The notes under the pieces were generated by a model. The model was not told the DNA's origin. It searched no databases and saw only the letters and a list, made by a program, of their open reading frames with translations. From NCBI GenBank assembly GCA_004431415.1, contig QPMI01000117.1, positions 1 to 64,000 of the forward strand: DNA of 64,000 nucleotides. Reading direction: 5' to 3'. Position numbers and translations under genes: made by a program. Source of the DNA: Cyanophora paradoxa CCMP329 (taxonomy: Eukaryota; Plantae; Glaucophyta). Each line of letters starts with the position of its first letter. Positions within the stretch are counted from its first letter, which is position 1. Shown here piece after piece: positions 38,801 to 50,800 of this stretch.

Positions 38801-41800
38801 AGCCCGCGGGGGCGCGGGCCGGCGAGGTCGCGCGGCCGTACGAATCCGTGCGCGGGCTAGCCGGCGAGGCCGACAGCCCGTCCGAGCCGGACGCTGTGCC
38901 GCCATACCCGGCGCCGCTCAGAGCCGCAGCACCGACGCCGGCGTACGGGCTCAGCCCGAAGCCAGATCCGGAGCTGCCACTGGTGACCGGATTCGAGGCC
39001 GGCCCCACGGCGCCGTTCGACGCGACCGGCACAACCTGGTAGACGCTGCCCGGCTCTCCGCCCTTCGGCGGGACGTCGAACGAGGTCTGGCTCGCCGGGA
39101 CGCTGCCGAGGACCTTGCCGTCGCCGATCACGGCGTAGCTCGCGGGGCGTCCCGCCCGAGGTGGGCTCCACGAGAGGCGGCCCGACGAGCCGAAGAGGCC
39201 CGGCGAGCTCGAGAGCTGCAGGTTCGACGGCGCCATGTCCGCGGGGCTCGCGGGGCCCGCGCCGGAGCCGGCCGGGTACGAGGCGAGCGGCACGCTGTTG
39301 CTGGCGGGGCCCGCGGGGCTGCCCGACGACGACAGGGGCACCACCGAGAAGTACGAGTTGGCCGCGGCGCTCGCGCTGAGGCCCTTGGGGACGAACGTGT
39401 TGACGCCCGACGGCGAGGCCTTGGCGGTCGCGACCTGGCGGCCGTCCTGCAGGACGCCGAAGCTGCCGCGCGAGTTCGCGTCAGCGCCCCGCGGCACCGC
39501 GAAAATCCGAGATAAAGCGCGAATCGCGCATCGCGCACCTCGGGACGCTGCCCAGGGTCGCAGGAGTGGTCCACGCCAGCAGCGCGCTCGGCTGGCGCCC
39601 GAGCCCGCCGGCGTCGATGTCAGCGCGATGCCGGAGCTCGGGTCGCTCGGGAGCGAGGCCGCGAGCGGCGACGAGGCCGGGCCCGCGACGCCGTTGCTGT
39701 CGAACGGCACCACCTGCAGGGCCGAGGCGCCGCCGTTGGTCGGCAGGCCCGAGACCGGGACGGAGGTCTGGTTGCCGGGGACCGACGCCACGGGCTTGCC
39801 GTCCTTGAGGACGGTGTACGAGGCGGGCGAGCCCGAGGCCGGGCGCTTCCACGAGAGGGTGGCGGAGCCGGGGCCGCTGCCGTTGAAGCTGCTGAGCGCG
39901 AGGCTCGAGGGGGCGAGCGGGCTGGGGGCGGGGGCGTCCACGCCAGAGCCGGCGATGCCCGCGCCAGAACCCGACGAGGGGCCGTACGGTCCGGCACCAG
40001 CGCCACTGTACTCCGGCCCGCCAGCGCCGCTGTAGGCGGGCGCAGGGCCCGAGCCGCTGGTGGCAGTGTTCGAGGCCGGCCCCACGGCGCCGTTCGACGC
40101 GACCGGCACAACCTGGTAGACGCTGCCCGGCTCGCCGCCCTTCGGCGAGACGTCGAACGAGGTCTGGCTCGCCGGGACGCTGCCGAGGACCTTGCCGTCG
40201 CCGATCACGGCGTAGCTCGCGGGGCGTCCCGCCCGAGGCGGGCTCCACGAGAGGCGGCCCGACGAGCCGAAGAGGCCCGGCGAGCTCGTGAGCTGCAGGT
40301 TTGACGGCGCCATGTCCGCGGGGCTCGCGGGGCCCGCGCCGGAGCCGGCCGGGTACGAGGCGAGCGGCACGCTGTTGCTGGCGGGGCCCGCGGGGCTGCC
40401 CGACGACGACAGGGGCACCACCGAGAAGTACGAGTTGGCCGCGGCGCTCGCGCTGAGGCCCTTGGGGACGAACGTGTTGACACCCGACGGCGAGGCCTTG
40501 GCGGTCGCGACCTGGCGGCCGTCCTGCAGGACGCCGAAGCTGCCGCGCGAGTTCGCGTCAGCGCCCCGCGGCACCGCGAAAATCCGAGATAAAGCGCGAA
40601 TCGCGCATCGCGCACCTCGGGACGCTGCCCAGGGTCGCAGGAGTGGTCCACGCCAGCAGCGCGCTCGGGCTGGCGCCGGAGCCCGCCGGCGTCGAGGTCA
40701 GCGCGATGCCGGAGCTCGGGTCGCTCGGGAGCGAGGCCGCGAGCGGCGACGAGGCCGGGCCCGCGACGCCGTTGCTGTCGAACGGCACCACCTGCAGGGC
40801 CGAGGCGCCGCCGTTGGTCGGCAGGCCCGAGACCGGGACGGAGGTCTGGTTGCCGGGGACCGACGCCACGGGCTTGCCGTCCTTGAGGACGGTGTACGAG
40901 GCGGGCGAGCCCGAGGCCGGGCGCTTCCACGAGAGGGTGGCGGAGCCGGGGCCGCTGCCGTTGAAGGTGCTAAGCGCGAGGCTCGAGGGGGCGAGCGGGC
41001 TGGGGGCGGGGGCGTCCACGCCAGAGCCGGCGATGCCTGCTCCCGGGCTGGACGCGCTCGACGGCGTGAAGCCGGTGCCAAAGCTGCCCGATCCGGAGCC
41101 CGCGGGGGCGCGGGCCGGCGAGGTCGCGCGGCCGTACGAATCCGTGCGCGGGCTAGCCGGCGAGGCCGACAGCCCGTCCGAGCCGGACGCTGTGCCGCCA
41201 TACCCGGCGCCGCTCAGAGCCGCAGCACCGACGCCGGCGTACGGGCCCAGCCCGAAGCCAGATCCGGAGCTGCCACTGGTGACCGGATTCGAGGCCGGCC
41301 CCACGGCGCCGTTCGACGCGACCGGCACAACCTGGTAGACGCTGCCCGGCTCTCCGCCCTTCGGCGAGACGTCGAACGAGGTCTGGCTCGCCGGGACGCT
41401 GCCGAGGACCTTGCCGTCGCCGATCACGGCGTAGCTCGCGGGGCGTCCCGCCCGAGGTGGGCTCCACGAGAGGCGGCCCGACGAGCCGAAGAGGCCCGGC
41501 GAGCTCGAGAGCTGCAGGTTCGACGGCGCCATGTCCGCGGGGCTCGCGGGGCCCGCGCCGGAGCCGGCCGGGTACGAGGCGAGCGGCACGCTGTTGCTGG
41601 CGGGGCCCGCGGGGCTGCCCGACGACGACAGGGGCACCACCGAGAAGTACGAGTTGGCCGCGGCGCTCGCGCTGAGGCCCTTGGGGACGAACGTGTTGAC
41701 GCCCGACGGCGAGGCCTTGGCGGTCGCGACCTGGCGGCCGTCCTGCAGGACGCCGAAGCTGCCGCGCGAGTTCGCGTCAGCGCCCCGCGGCACCGCGAAA

Positions 41801-44800
41801 AGCCGAGATAAAGCGCGAATCGCGCATCGCGCACCTCGGGACGCTGCCCAGGGTCGCAGGAGTGGTCCACGCCAGCAGCGCGCTCGGGCTGGCGCCCGAG
41901 CCCGCCGGCGTCGATGTCAGCGCGATGCCGGAGCTCGGGTCGCTCGGGAGCGAGGACGCGAGCGGCGACGAGGCCGGGCCCGCGACGCCGTTGCTGTCGA
42001 ACGGCACCACCTGCAGGGCCGAGGCGCCGCCGTTGGTCGGCAGGCCCGAGACCGGGACGGAGGTCTGGTTGCCGGGGACCGACGCGACGGGCTTGCCGTC
42101 CTTGAGGACGGCGTACGAGGCGGGCGAGCCCGAGGCCGGGCGCTTCCACGAGAGGGTGGCGGAGCCGGGGCCGCTGCCGTTGAAGCTGCTGAGCGCGAGG
42201 CTCGAGGGGGCGAGCGGGCTGGGGGCGGGGGCGTCCACGCCAGAGCCGGCGATGCCCGCGCCGGGACCCGACGAGGGGCCGTACGGTCCGGCACCAGCGC
42301 CACTGTACTCCGGCCCGCCAGCGCCGCTGTAGGCGGGCGCAGGGCCCGAGCCGCTGGTGGCAGTGTTCGAGGCCGGCCCCACGGCGCCGTTCGACGCGAC
42401 CGGCACAACCTGGTAGACGCTGCCCGGCTCGCCGCCCTTCGGCGAGACGTCGAACGAGGTCTGGCTCGCCGGGACGCTGCCGAGGACCTTGCCGTCGCCG
42501 ATCACGGCGTAGCTCGCGGGGCGTCCCGCCCGAGGCGGGCTCCACGAGAGGCGGCCCGACGAGCCGAAGAGGCCCGGCGAGCTCGAGAGCTGCAGGTTCG
42601 ACGGCGCCATGTCCGCGGGGCTCGCGGGGCCCGCGCCGGAGCCGGCCGGGTACGAGGCGAGCGGCACGCTGTTGCTGGCGGGGCCCGCGGGGCTGCCCGA
42701 CGACGACAGGGGCACCACCGAGAAGTACGAGTTGGCCGCGGCGCTCGCGCTGAGGCCCTTGGGACGAACGTGTTGACACCCGACGGCGAGGCCTTGGCGG
42801 TGGCGACCTGGCGGCCGTCCTGCAGGACGCCGAAGCTGCCGCGCGAGTTCGCGTCAGCGCCCCGCGGCACCGCGAAAATCCGAGATAAAGCGCGAATCGC
42901 GCATCGCGCACCTCGGGACGCTGCCCAGGGTCGCAGGAGTGGTCCACGCCAGCAGCGCGCTCGGGCTGGCGCCGGAGCCCGCCGGCGTCGAGGTCAGCGC
43001 GATGCCGGAGCTCGGGTCGCTCGGGAGCGAGGCCGCGAGCGGCGACGAGGCCGGGCCCGCGACGCCGTTGCTGTCGAACGGCACCACCTGCAGGGCCGAG
43101 GCGCCGCCGTTGGTCGGCAGGCCCGAGACCGGGAAGGAGGTCTGGTTGCCGGGGACCGACGCCACGGGCTTGCCGTCCTTGAGGACGGCGTACGAGGCGG
43201 GCGAGCCCGAGGCCGGGCGCTTCCACGAGAGGGTGGCGGAGCCGGGGCCGCTGCCGTTGAAGGTGCTGAGCGCGAGGCTCGAGGGGGCGAGCGGGCTGGG
43301 GGCGGGGGCGTCCACGCCAGAGCCGGCGATGCCCGCGCCGGGACCCGACGAGGGGCCGTACGGTCCGGCACCAGCGCCACTGTATTCCGGCCCGCCAGCG
43401 CCGCTGTAGGCGGGCGCAGGGCCCGAGCCGCTGGTGGCAGTGTTCGAGGCCGGCCCCACGGCGCCGTTCGACGCGACCGGCACAACCTGGTAGACGCTGC
43501 CCGGCTCGCCGCCCTTCGGCGAGACGTCGAACGAGGTCTGGCTCGCCGGGACGCTGCCGAGGACCTTGCCGTCGCCGATCACGGCGTAGCTCGCGGGGCG
43601 TCCCGCCCGAGGCGGGCTCCACGAGAGGCGGCCCGACGAGCCGAAGAGGCCCGGCGAGCTCGTGAGCTGCAGGTTCGACGGCGCCATGTCCGCGGGGCTC
43701 GCGGGGCCCGCGCCGGAGCCGGCCGGGTACGAGGCGAGCGGCACGCTGTTGCTGGCGGGGCCCGCGGGGCTGCCCGACGACGACAGGGGCACCACCGAGA
43801 AGTACGAGTTGGCCGCGGCGCTCGCGCTGAGGCCCTTGGGGACGAACGTGTTGACACCCGACGGCGAGGCCTTGGCGGTGGCGACCTGGCGGCCGTCCTG
43901 CAGGACGCCGAAGCTGCCGCGCGAGTTCGCGTCAGCGCCCCGCGGCACCGCGAAAATCCGAGATAAAGCGCGAATCGCGCATCGCGCACCTCGGGACGCT
44001 GCCCAGGGTCGCAGGAGTGGTCCACGCCAGCAGCGCGCTCGGGCTGGCGCCGGAGCCCGCCGGCGTCGAGGTCAGCGCGATGCCGGAGCTCGGGTCGCTC
44101 GGGAGCGAGGCCGCGAGCGGCGACGAGGCCGGGCCCGCGACGCCGTTGCTGTCGAACGGCACCACCTGCAGGGCCGAGGCGCCGCCGTTGGTCGGCAGGC
44201 CCGAGACCGGGACGGAGGTCTGGTTGCCGGGGACCGACGCCACGGGCTTGCCGTCCTTGAGGACGGTGTACGAGGCGGGCGAGCCCGAGGCCGGGCGCTT
44301 CCACGAGAGGGTGGCGGAGCCGGGGCCGCTGCCGTTGAAGGTGCTGAGCGCGAGGCTGGACGGGCCGAGCGCGCTGGGAGCGGGGGCGTCCACGCCAGAG
44401 CCGGCGATGCCTGCTCCCGGGCTGGACGCGCTCGACGGCGTGAAGCCGGTGCCAAAGCTGCCCGATCCGGAGCCCGCGGGGGCGCGGGCGGGCGAGGTCG
44501 CGCGGCCGTACGAATCCGTGCGCGGGCTTGTCGGCGAGGCCGACAGCCCGTCCGAGCCGGACGCTGCGCCGCCGTACCCGGCGCCGCTCAGAGCCGCAGC
44601 ACCGACGCCAGCGTACGGGCCCAGCCCGAAGCCGGATCCGGAGCTGCCACTGGTGACTGGATTCGAGGCCGGCCCCACGGCGCCGTTCGACGCGACCGGC
44701 ACAACCTGGTAGACGCTGCCCGGCTCGCCGCCCTTCGGCGAGACGTCGAACGAGGTCTGGCTCGCCGGGACGCTGCCGAGGACCTTGCCGTCGCCGATCA

Positions 44801-47800
44801 CGGCGTAGCTCGCGGGGCGTCCCGCCCGAGGCGGGCTCCACGAGAGGCGGCCCGACGAGCCGAAGAGGCCTGGCGAGCTCGAGAGCTGCAGGTTCGACGG
44901 CGCCATGTCCGCGGGGCTCGCGGGGCCCGCGCCGGAGCCGGCCGGGTACGAGGCGAGCGGCACGCTGTTGCTGGCGGGGCCCGCGGGGCTGCCCGACGAC
45001 GACAGGGGCACCACCGAGAAGTACGAGTTGGCCGCGGCGCTCGCGCTGAGGCCCTTGGGGACGAACGTGTTGACGCCCGACGGCGAGGCCTTGGCGGTCG
45101 CGACCTGGCGGCCGTCCTGCAGGACGCCGAAGCTGCCGCGCGAGTTCGCGTCAGCGCCCCGCGGCACCGCGAAAATCCGAGATAAAGCGCGAATCGCGCA
45201 TCGCGCACCTCGGGACGCTGCCCAGGGTCGCAGGAGTGGTCCACGCCAGCAGCGCGCTCGGGCTGGCGCCCGAGCCCGCCGGCGTCGATGTCAGCGCGAT
45301 GCCGGAGCTCGGGTCGCTCGGGAGCGAGGCCGCGAGCGGCGACGAGGCCGGGCCCGCGACGCCGTTGCTGTCAAACGGCACCACCTGCAGGGCCGAGGCG
45401 CCGCCGTTGGTCGGCAGGCCCGAGACCGGGACGGAGGTCTGGTTGCCGGGGACCGACGCCACGGGCTTGCCGTCCTTGAGGACGGTGTACGAGGCGGGCG
45501 AGCCCGAGGCCGGGCGCTTCCACGAGAGGGTGGCGGAGCCGGGGCCGCTGCCGTTGAAGGTGCTAAGCGCGAGGCTCGAGGGGGCGAGCGGGCTGGGGGC
45601 GGGGGCGTCCACGCCAGAGCCGGCGATGCCCGCGCCGGGACCCGACGAGGGGCCGTACGGTCCGGCACCAGCGCCACTGTACTCCGGCCCGCCAGCGCCG
45701 CTGTAGGCGGGCGCAGGGCCCGAGCCGCTGGTGGCAGTGTTCGAGGCCGGCCCCACGGCGCCGTTCGACGCGACCGGCACAACCTGGTAGACGCTGCCCG
45801 GCTCGCCGCCCTTCGGCGAGACGTCGAACGAGGTCTGGCTCGCCGGGACGCTGCCAAGGACCTTGCCATCGCCGATCACGGCGTAGCTCGCGGGGCGTCC
45901 CGCCCGAGGCGGGCTCCACGAGAGGCGGCCCGACGAGCCGAAGAGTCCCGGCGAGCTCGAGAGCTGCAGGTTCGACGGCGCCATGTCCGCGGGGCTCGCG
46001 GGGCCCGCGCCGGAGCCGGCCGGGTACGAGGCGAGCGGCACGCTGTTGCTGGCGGGGCCCGCGGGGCTGCCCGACGACGACAGGGGCACCACCGAGAAGT
46101 ACGAGTTGGCCGCGGCGCTCGCGCTGAGGCCCTTGGGGACGAACGTGTTGACGCCCGACGGCGAGGCCTTGGCGGTGGCGACCTGGCGGCCGTCCTGCAG
46201 GACGCCGAAGCTGCCGCGCGAATTCGCGTCAGCGCCCCGCGGCACCGCGAAAATCCGAGATAAAGCGCGAATCGCGCATCGCGCACCTCGGGACGCTGCC
46301 CAGGGACGCAGGAGTGGTCCACGCCAGCAGCGCGCTCGGGCTGGCGCCGGAGCCCGCCGGCGTCGAGGTCAGCGCGATGCCGGAGCTCGGGTCGCTCGGG
46401 AGCGAGGCCGCGAGCGGCGACGAGGCCGGGCCCGCGACGCCGTTGCTGTCGAACGGCACCACCTGCAGGGCCGAGGCGCCGCCGTTGGTCGGCAGGCCCG
46501 AGACCGGGAAGGAGGTCTGGTTGCCGGGGACCGACGCCACGGGCTTGCCGTCCTTGAGGACGGCGTACGAGGCGGGCGAGCCCGAGGCCGGGCGCTTCCA
46601 CGAGAGGGTGGCGGAGCCGGGGCCGCTGCCGTTGAAGGTGCTAAGCGCGAGGCTCGAGGGGGCGAGCGGGCTGGGGGCGGGGGCGTCCACGCCAGAGCCG
46701 GCGATGCCCGCTCCCGGGCTGGACGCGCTCGACGGCGTGAAGCCGGTGCCAAAGCTGTCCGATCCGGAGCCCGCGGGGGCACGGGCCGGCGAGGTCGCGC
46801 GGCCGTACGAATCCGTGCGCGGGCTTGTCGGCGAGGCCGACAGCCCGTCCGAGCCGGACGCTGTGCCGCCATACCCGGCGCCGCTCAGAGCCGCAGCACC
46901 GACGCCAGCGTACGGGCCCAGCCCGAAGCCGGATCCGGAGCTGCCACTGGTGACCGGATTCGAGGCCGGCCCCACGGCGCCGTTCGACGCGACCGGCACA
47001 ACCTGGTAGACGCTGCCCGGCTCTCCGCCCTTCGGCGAGACGTCGAACGAGGTCTGGCTCGCCGGGACGCTGCCGAGGACCTTGCCGTCGCCGATCACAG
47101 CGTAGCTCGCGGGGCGTCCCGCCCGAGGCGGGCTCCACGAGAGGCGGCCCGACGAGCTGAAGAGGCCCGGCGAGCTCGAGAGCTGCAGGTTCGACGGCGC
47201 CATGTCCGCGGGGCTCGCGGGGCCCGCGCCGGAGCCGGCCGGGTACGAGGCGAGCGGCACGCTGTTGCTGGCGGGGCCCGCGGGGCTGCCCGACGACGAC
47301 AGGGGCACCACCGAGAAGTACGAGTTGGCCGCGGCGCTCGCGCTGAGGCCCTTGGGGACGAACGTGTTGACGCCCGACGGCGAGGCCTTGGCGGTCGCGA
47401 CCTGGCGGCCGTCCTGCAGGACGCCGAAGCTGCCGCGCGAATTCGCGTCAGCGCCCCGCGGCACCGCGAAAATCCGAGATAAAGCGCGAATCGCGCATCG
47501 CGCACCTCGGGACGCTGCCCAGGGTCGCAGGAGTGGTCCACGCCAGCAGCGCGCTCGGGCTGGCGCCGGAGCCCGCCGGCGTCGAGGTCAGCGCGATGCC
47601 GGAGCTCGGGTCGCTCGGGAGCGAGGCCGCGAGCGGCGACGAGGCCGGGCCCGCGACGCCATTGCTGTCGAACGGCACCACCTGCAGGGCCGAGGCGCCG
47701 CCGTTGGTCGGCAGGCCCGAGACCGGGACGGAGGTCTGGTTGCCGGGGACCGACGCCACGGGCTTGCCGTCCTTGAGGACGGTGTACGAGGCGGGCGAGC

Positions 47801-50800
47801 CCGAGGCCGGGCGCTTCCACGAGAGGGTGGCGGAGCCGGGGCCGCTGCCGTTGAAGCTGCTGAGCGCGAGGCTCGAGGGGGCGAGCGGGCTGGGGGCGGG
47901 GGCGTCCACGCCAGAGCCGGCGATGCCCGCGCCAGAACCCGACGAGGGGCCGTACGGTCCGGCACCAGCGCCACTGTACTCCGGCCCGCCAGCGCCGCTG
48001 TAGGCGGGCGCAGGGCCCGAGCCGCTGGTGGCAGTGTTCGAGGCCGGCCCCACGGCGCCGTTCGACGCGACCGGCACAACCTGGTAGACGCTGCCCGGCT
48101 CGCCGCCCTTCGGCGAGACGTCGAACGAGGTCTGGCTCGCCGGGACGCTGCCGAGGACCTTGCCGTCGCCGATCACAGCGTAGCTCGCGGGGCGTCCCGC
48201 CCGAGGCGGGCTCCACGAGAGGCGGCCCGACGAGCTGAAGAGGCCCGGCGAGCTCGAGAGCTGCAGGTTCGACGGCGCCATGTCCGCGGGGCTCGCGGGG
48301 CCCGCGCCGGAGCCGGCCGGGTACGAGGCGAGCGGCACGCTGTTGCTGGCGGGGCCCGCGGGGCTGCCCGACGACGACAGGGGCACCACCGAGAAGTACG
48401 AGTTGGCCGCGGCGCTCGCGCTGAGGCCCTTGGGGACGAACGTGTTGACGCCCGACGACGAGGCCTTGGCGGTCGCGACCTGGCGGCCGTCCTGCAAGAC
48501 GCCGAAGCTGTCGCGCGAATTCGCGTCAGCGCCCCGCGGCACCGCGAAAAGCCGAGATAAAGCGCGAATCGCGCATCGCGCACCTCGGGACGCTGCCCAG
48601 GGTCGCAGGAGTGGTCCACGCCAGCAGCGCGCTCGGGCTGGCGCCCGAGCCCGCCGGCGTCGATGTCAGCGCGATGCCGGAGCTCGGGTCGCTCGGGAGC
48701 GAGGCCGCGAGCGGCGACGAGGCCGGGCCCGCGACGCCGTTGCTGTCAAACGGCACCACCTGCAGGGCCGAGGCGCCGCCGTTGGTCGGCAGGCCCGAGA
48801 CCGGGACGGAGGTCTGGTTGCCGGGGACCGACGCCACGGGCTTGCCGTCCTTGAGGACGGTGTACGAGGCGGGCGAGCCCGAGGCCGGGCGCTTCCACGA
48901 GAGGGTGGCGGAGCCGGGGCCGCTGCCGTTGAAGGTGCTAAGCGCGAGGCTCGAGGGGGCGAGCGGGCTGGGGGCGGGGGCGTCCACGCCAGAGCCGGCG
49001 ATGCCCGCGCCGGGACCCGACGAGGGGCCGTAGGGGATCGACGTCGCAACCAGAGAATCGCCTTCTGCTCCGGTGTACGGACCCGGAGCTGGGCCCGTCC
49101 CACTGCAAACCGGATTGGAGGATGGGCCCAGCGATCCAAAGCTGTCGACTGGGATGACCTGGAAGACGCTGCCGGTCTCGCCGCCCTTCAGGTTTTCCTG
49201 TACTTGGAAGGACGATTGAATTGCGGGGACGGTGCCGAGGAACGTGCCGTCGCCCACGACAGCGTAGCCTGCAGGGCTTCCGGCATTTGGCCGGTTCCAT
49301 GACAGGGTGCCTGAAGAGTCGAAGAGGCCCGGCGAGCTTGCAAGCTGGAGTCCCGTCGGCATCATTTCGGCAAAGCTTGCAGGTCCTGCGCCGGATCCAA
49401 CCGGATACGAAGCAACTGGAAGACTGTTGCTGCTCTGGCCCATTGGGGAACCATTTAGAGAGAATGCTTGTACGGAGAAGCGCGAAGTTGCAGCCACACT
49501 TGGAGACAGACTCTTTACTGTGAACGAGTTGACGCCTGTCAGTGAGGGTGGCACTGTCGCAATCTTTTGTCCATTTTGCAGTACCACAAAGCTGCTTCAT
49601 CGCGTCAAACTTGGTCTCACGGGAGATTTGAGAACCAATTCAAATTCCCTCACCTCGCAAGGGCACCAACATCCGCGCTGAGGGCAGAGGTGGGAGTGGT
49701 CCACGCCAGCAGCGCGCTCGGGCTGGCGCCGGAGCCCGCCGGCGTCGAGGTCAGCGCGATGCCGGATCCGGAGCTCGGGTCGCGATCGCTCGGGAGCGAG
49801 ACCGCGAGCGGCGAGGAGGCGGGGCCCGCAACGCCGTTGCTGTCGAACGGCACCACCTGCAGGGCCGAGGCGCCGCCGTTGGTCGGCAGGCCCGAGACCG
49901 GGACGGAGGTCTGGTTGCCCGGGACCGACGCGACGGGCTTGCCGTCCTTGAGGACGGTGTACGAGGTGGGCGAGCCCAAGGCCGGGCGCTTCCACGAGAG
50001 GGTGGCGGAGCCGGGGCCGCTGCCGTTGAAGGTGCTGAGCGCGAGGCTGGACGGGGCGAGCGGGCTGGGGGCGGGGGCGTCCACGCCAGAGCCGGCGATG
50101 CCCGCGCCGGGACCCGCGTGATCAGAAAGAACCGATGGACCCGAGGCCCCACGCGATTCCGGCAGGAACGCGTTACCAAAGACCGGGCTAGATGGTGGGC
50201 CCGCCGAGCCATTTGATGCGATGGGAAGGACCTGGTAAGCGCTGCTGGGCGCAAACGTCGAATTCGGCGTCTCAAACCACGTCTGGCTCGCCGGGACGGT
50301 GCCGAGGACCTTGCCGTCGCCAATCACGGCGTAGCTCGCGGGGCGTCCCGCCCGAGGCGGGCTCCACGAGAGGCGGCCTGACATCGATAAGCCAAAGAGG
50401 CCCGGAGAGCTCGTGAGCTGCAGGTTCGACGGCGCCATGTCCGCGGGGCTCGCGGGGCCCGCGCCGGAGCCGGCCGGGTACGAGGCGAGCGGCACGCTGT
50501 TGCTGGCGGGGCCCGCGGGGCTGCCCGACGACGACAGGGGCACCACCGAGAAGTACGAGTTGGCCGCGGCGCTCGCGCTGAGGCCCTTGGGGACGAACGT
50601 GTTGACGCCCGACGGCGAGGCCTTGGCGGTCGCGACCTGGCGGCCGTCCTGCAGGACGCCGAAGCTGCCGCGCGAATTCGCGTCAGCGCCCCGCGGCACC
50701 GCGAAAATCCGAGATAAAGCGCGAATCGCGCATCGCGCACCTCGGGACGCTGCCCAGGGTCGCAGGAGTGGTCCACGCCAGCAGCGCGCTCGGGCTGGCG

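Noticed and set aside
34900-48600. CRISPR array or tandem transposon
   Set aside because: Units are >1 kb, protein-coding and intron-containing, with no spacers, terminal repeats, transposase or cas genes.
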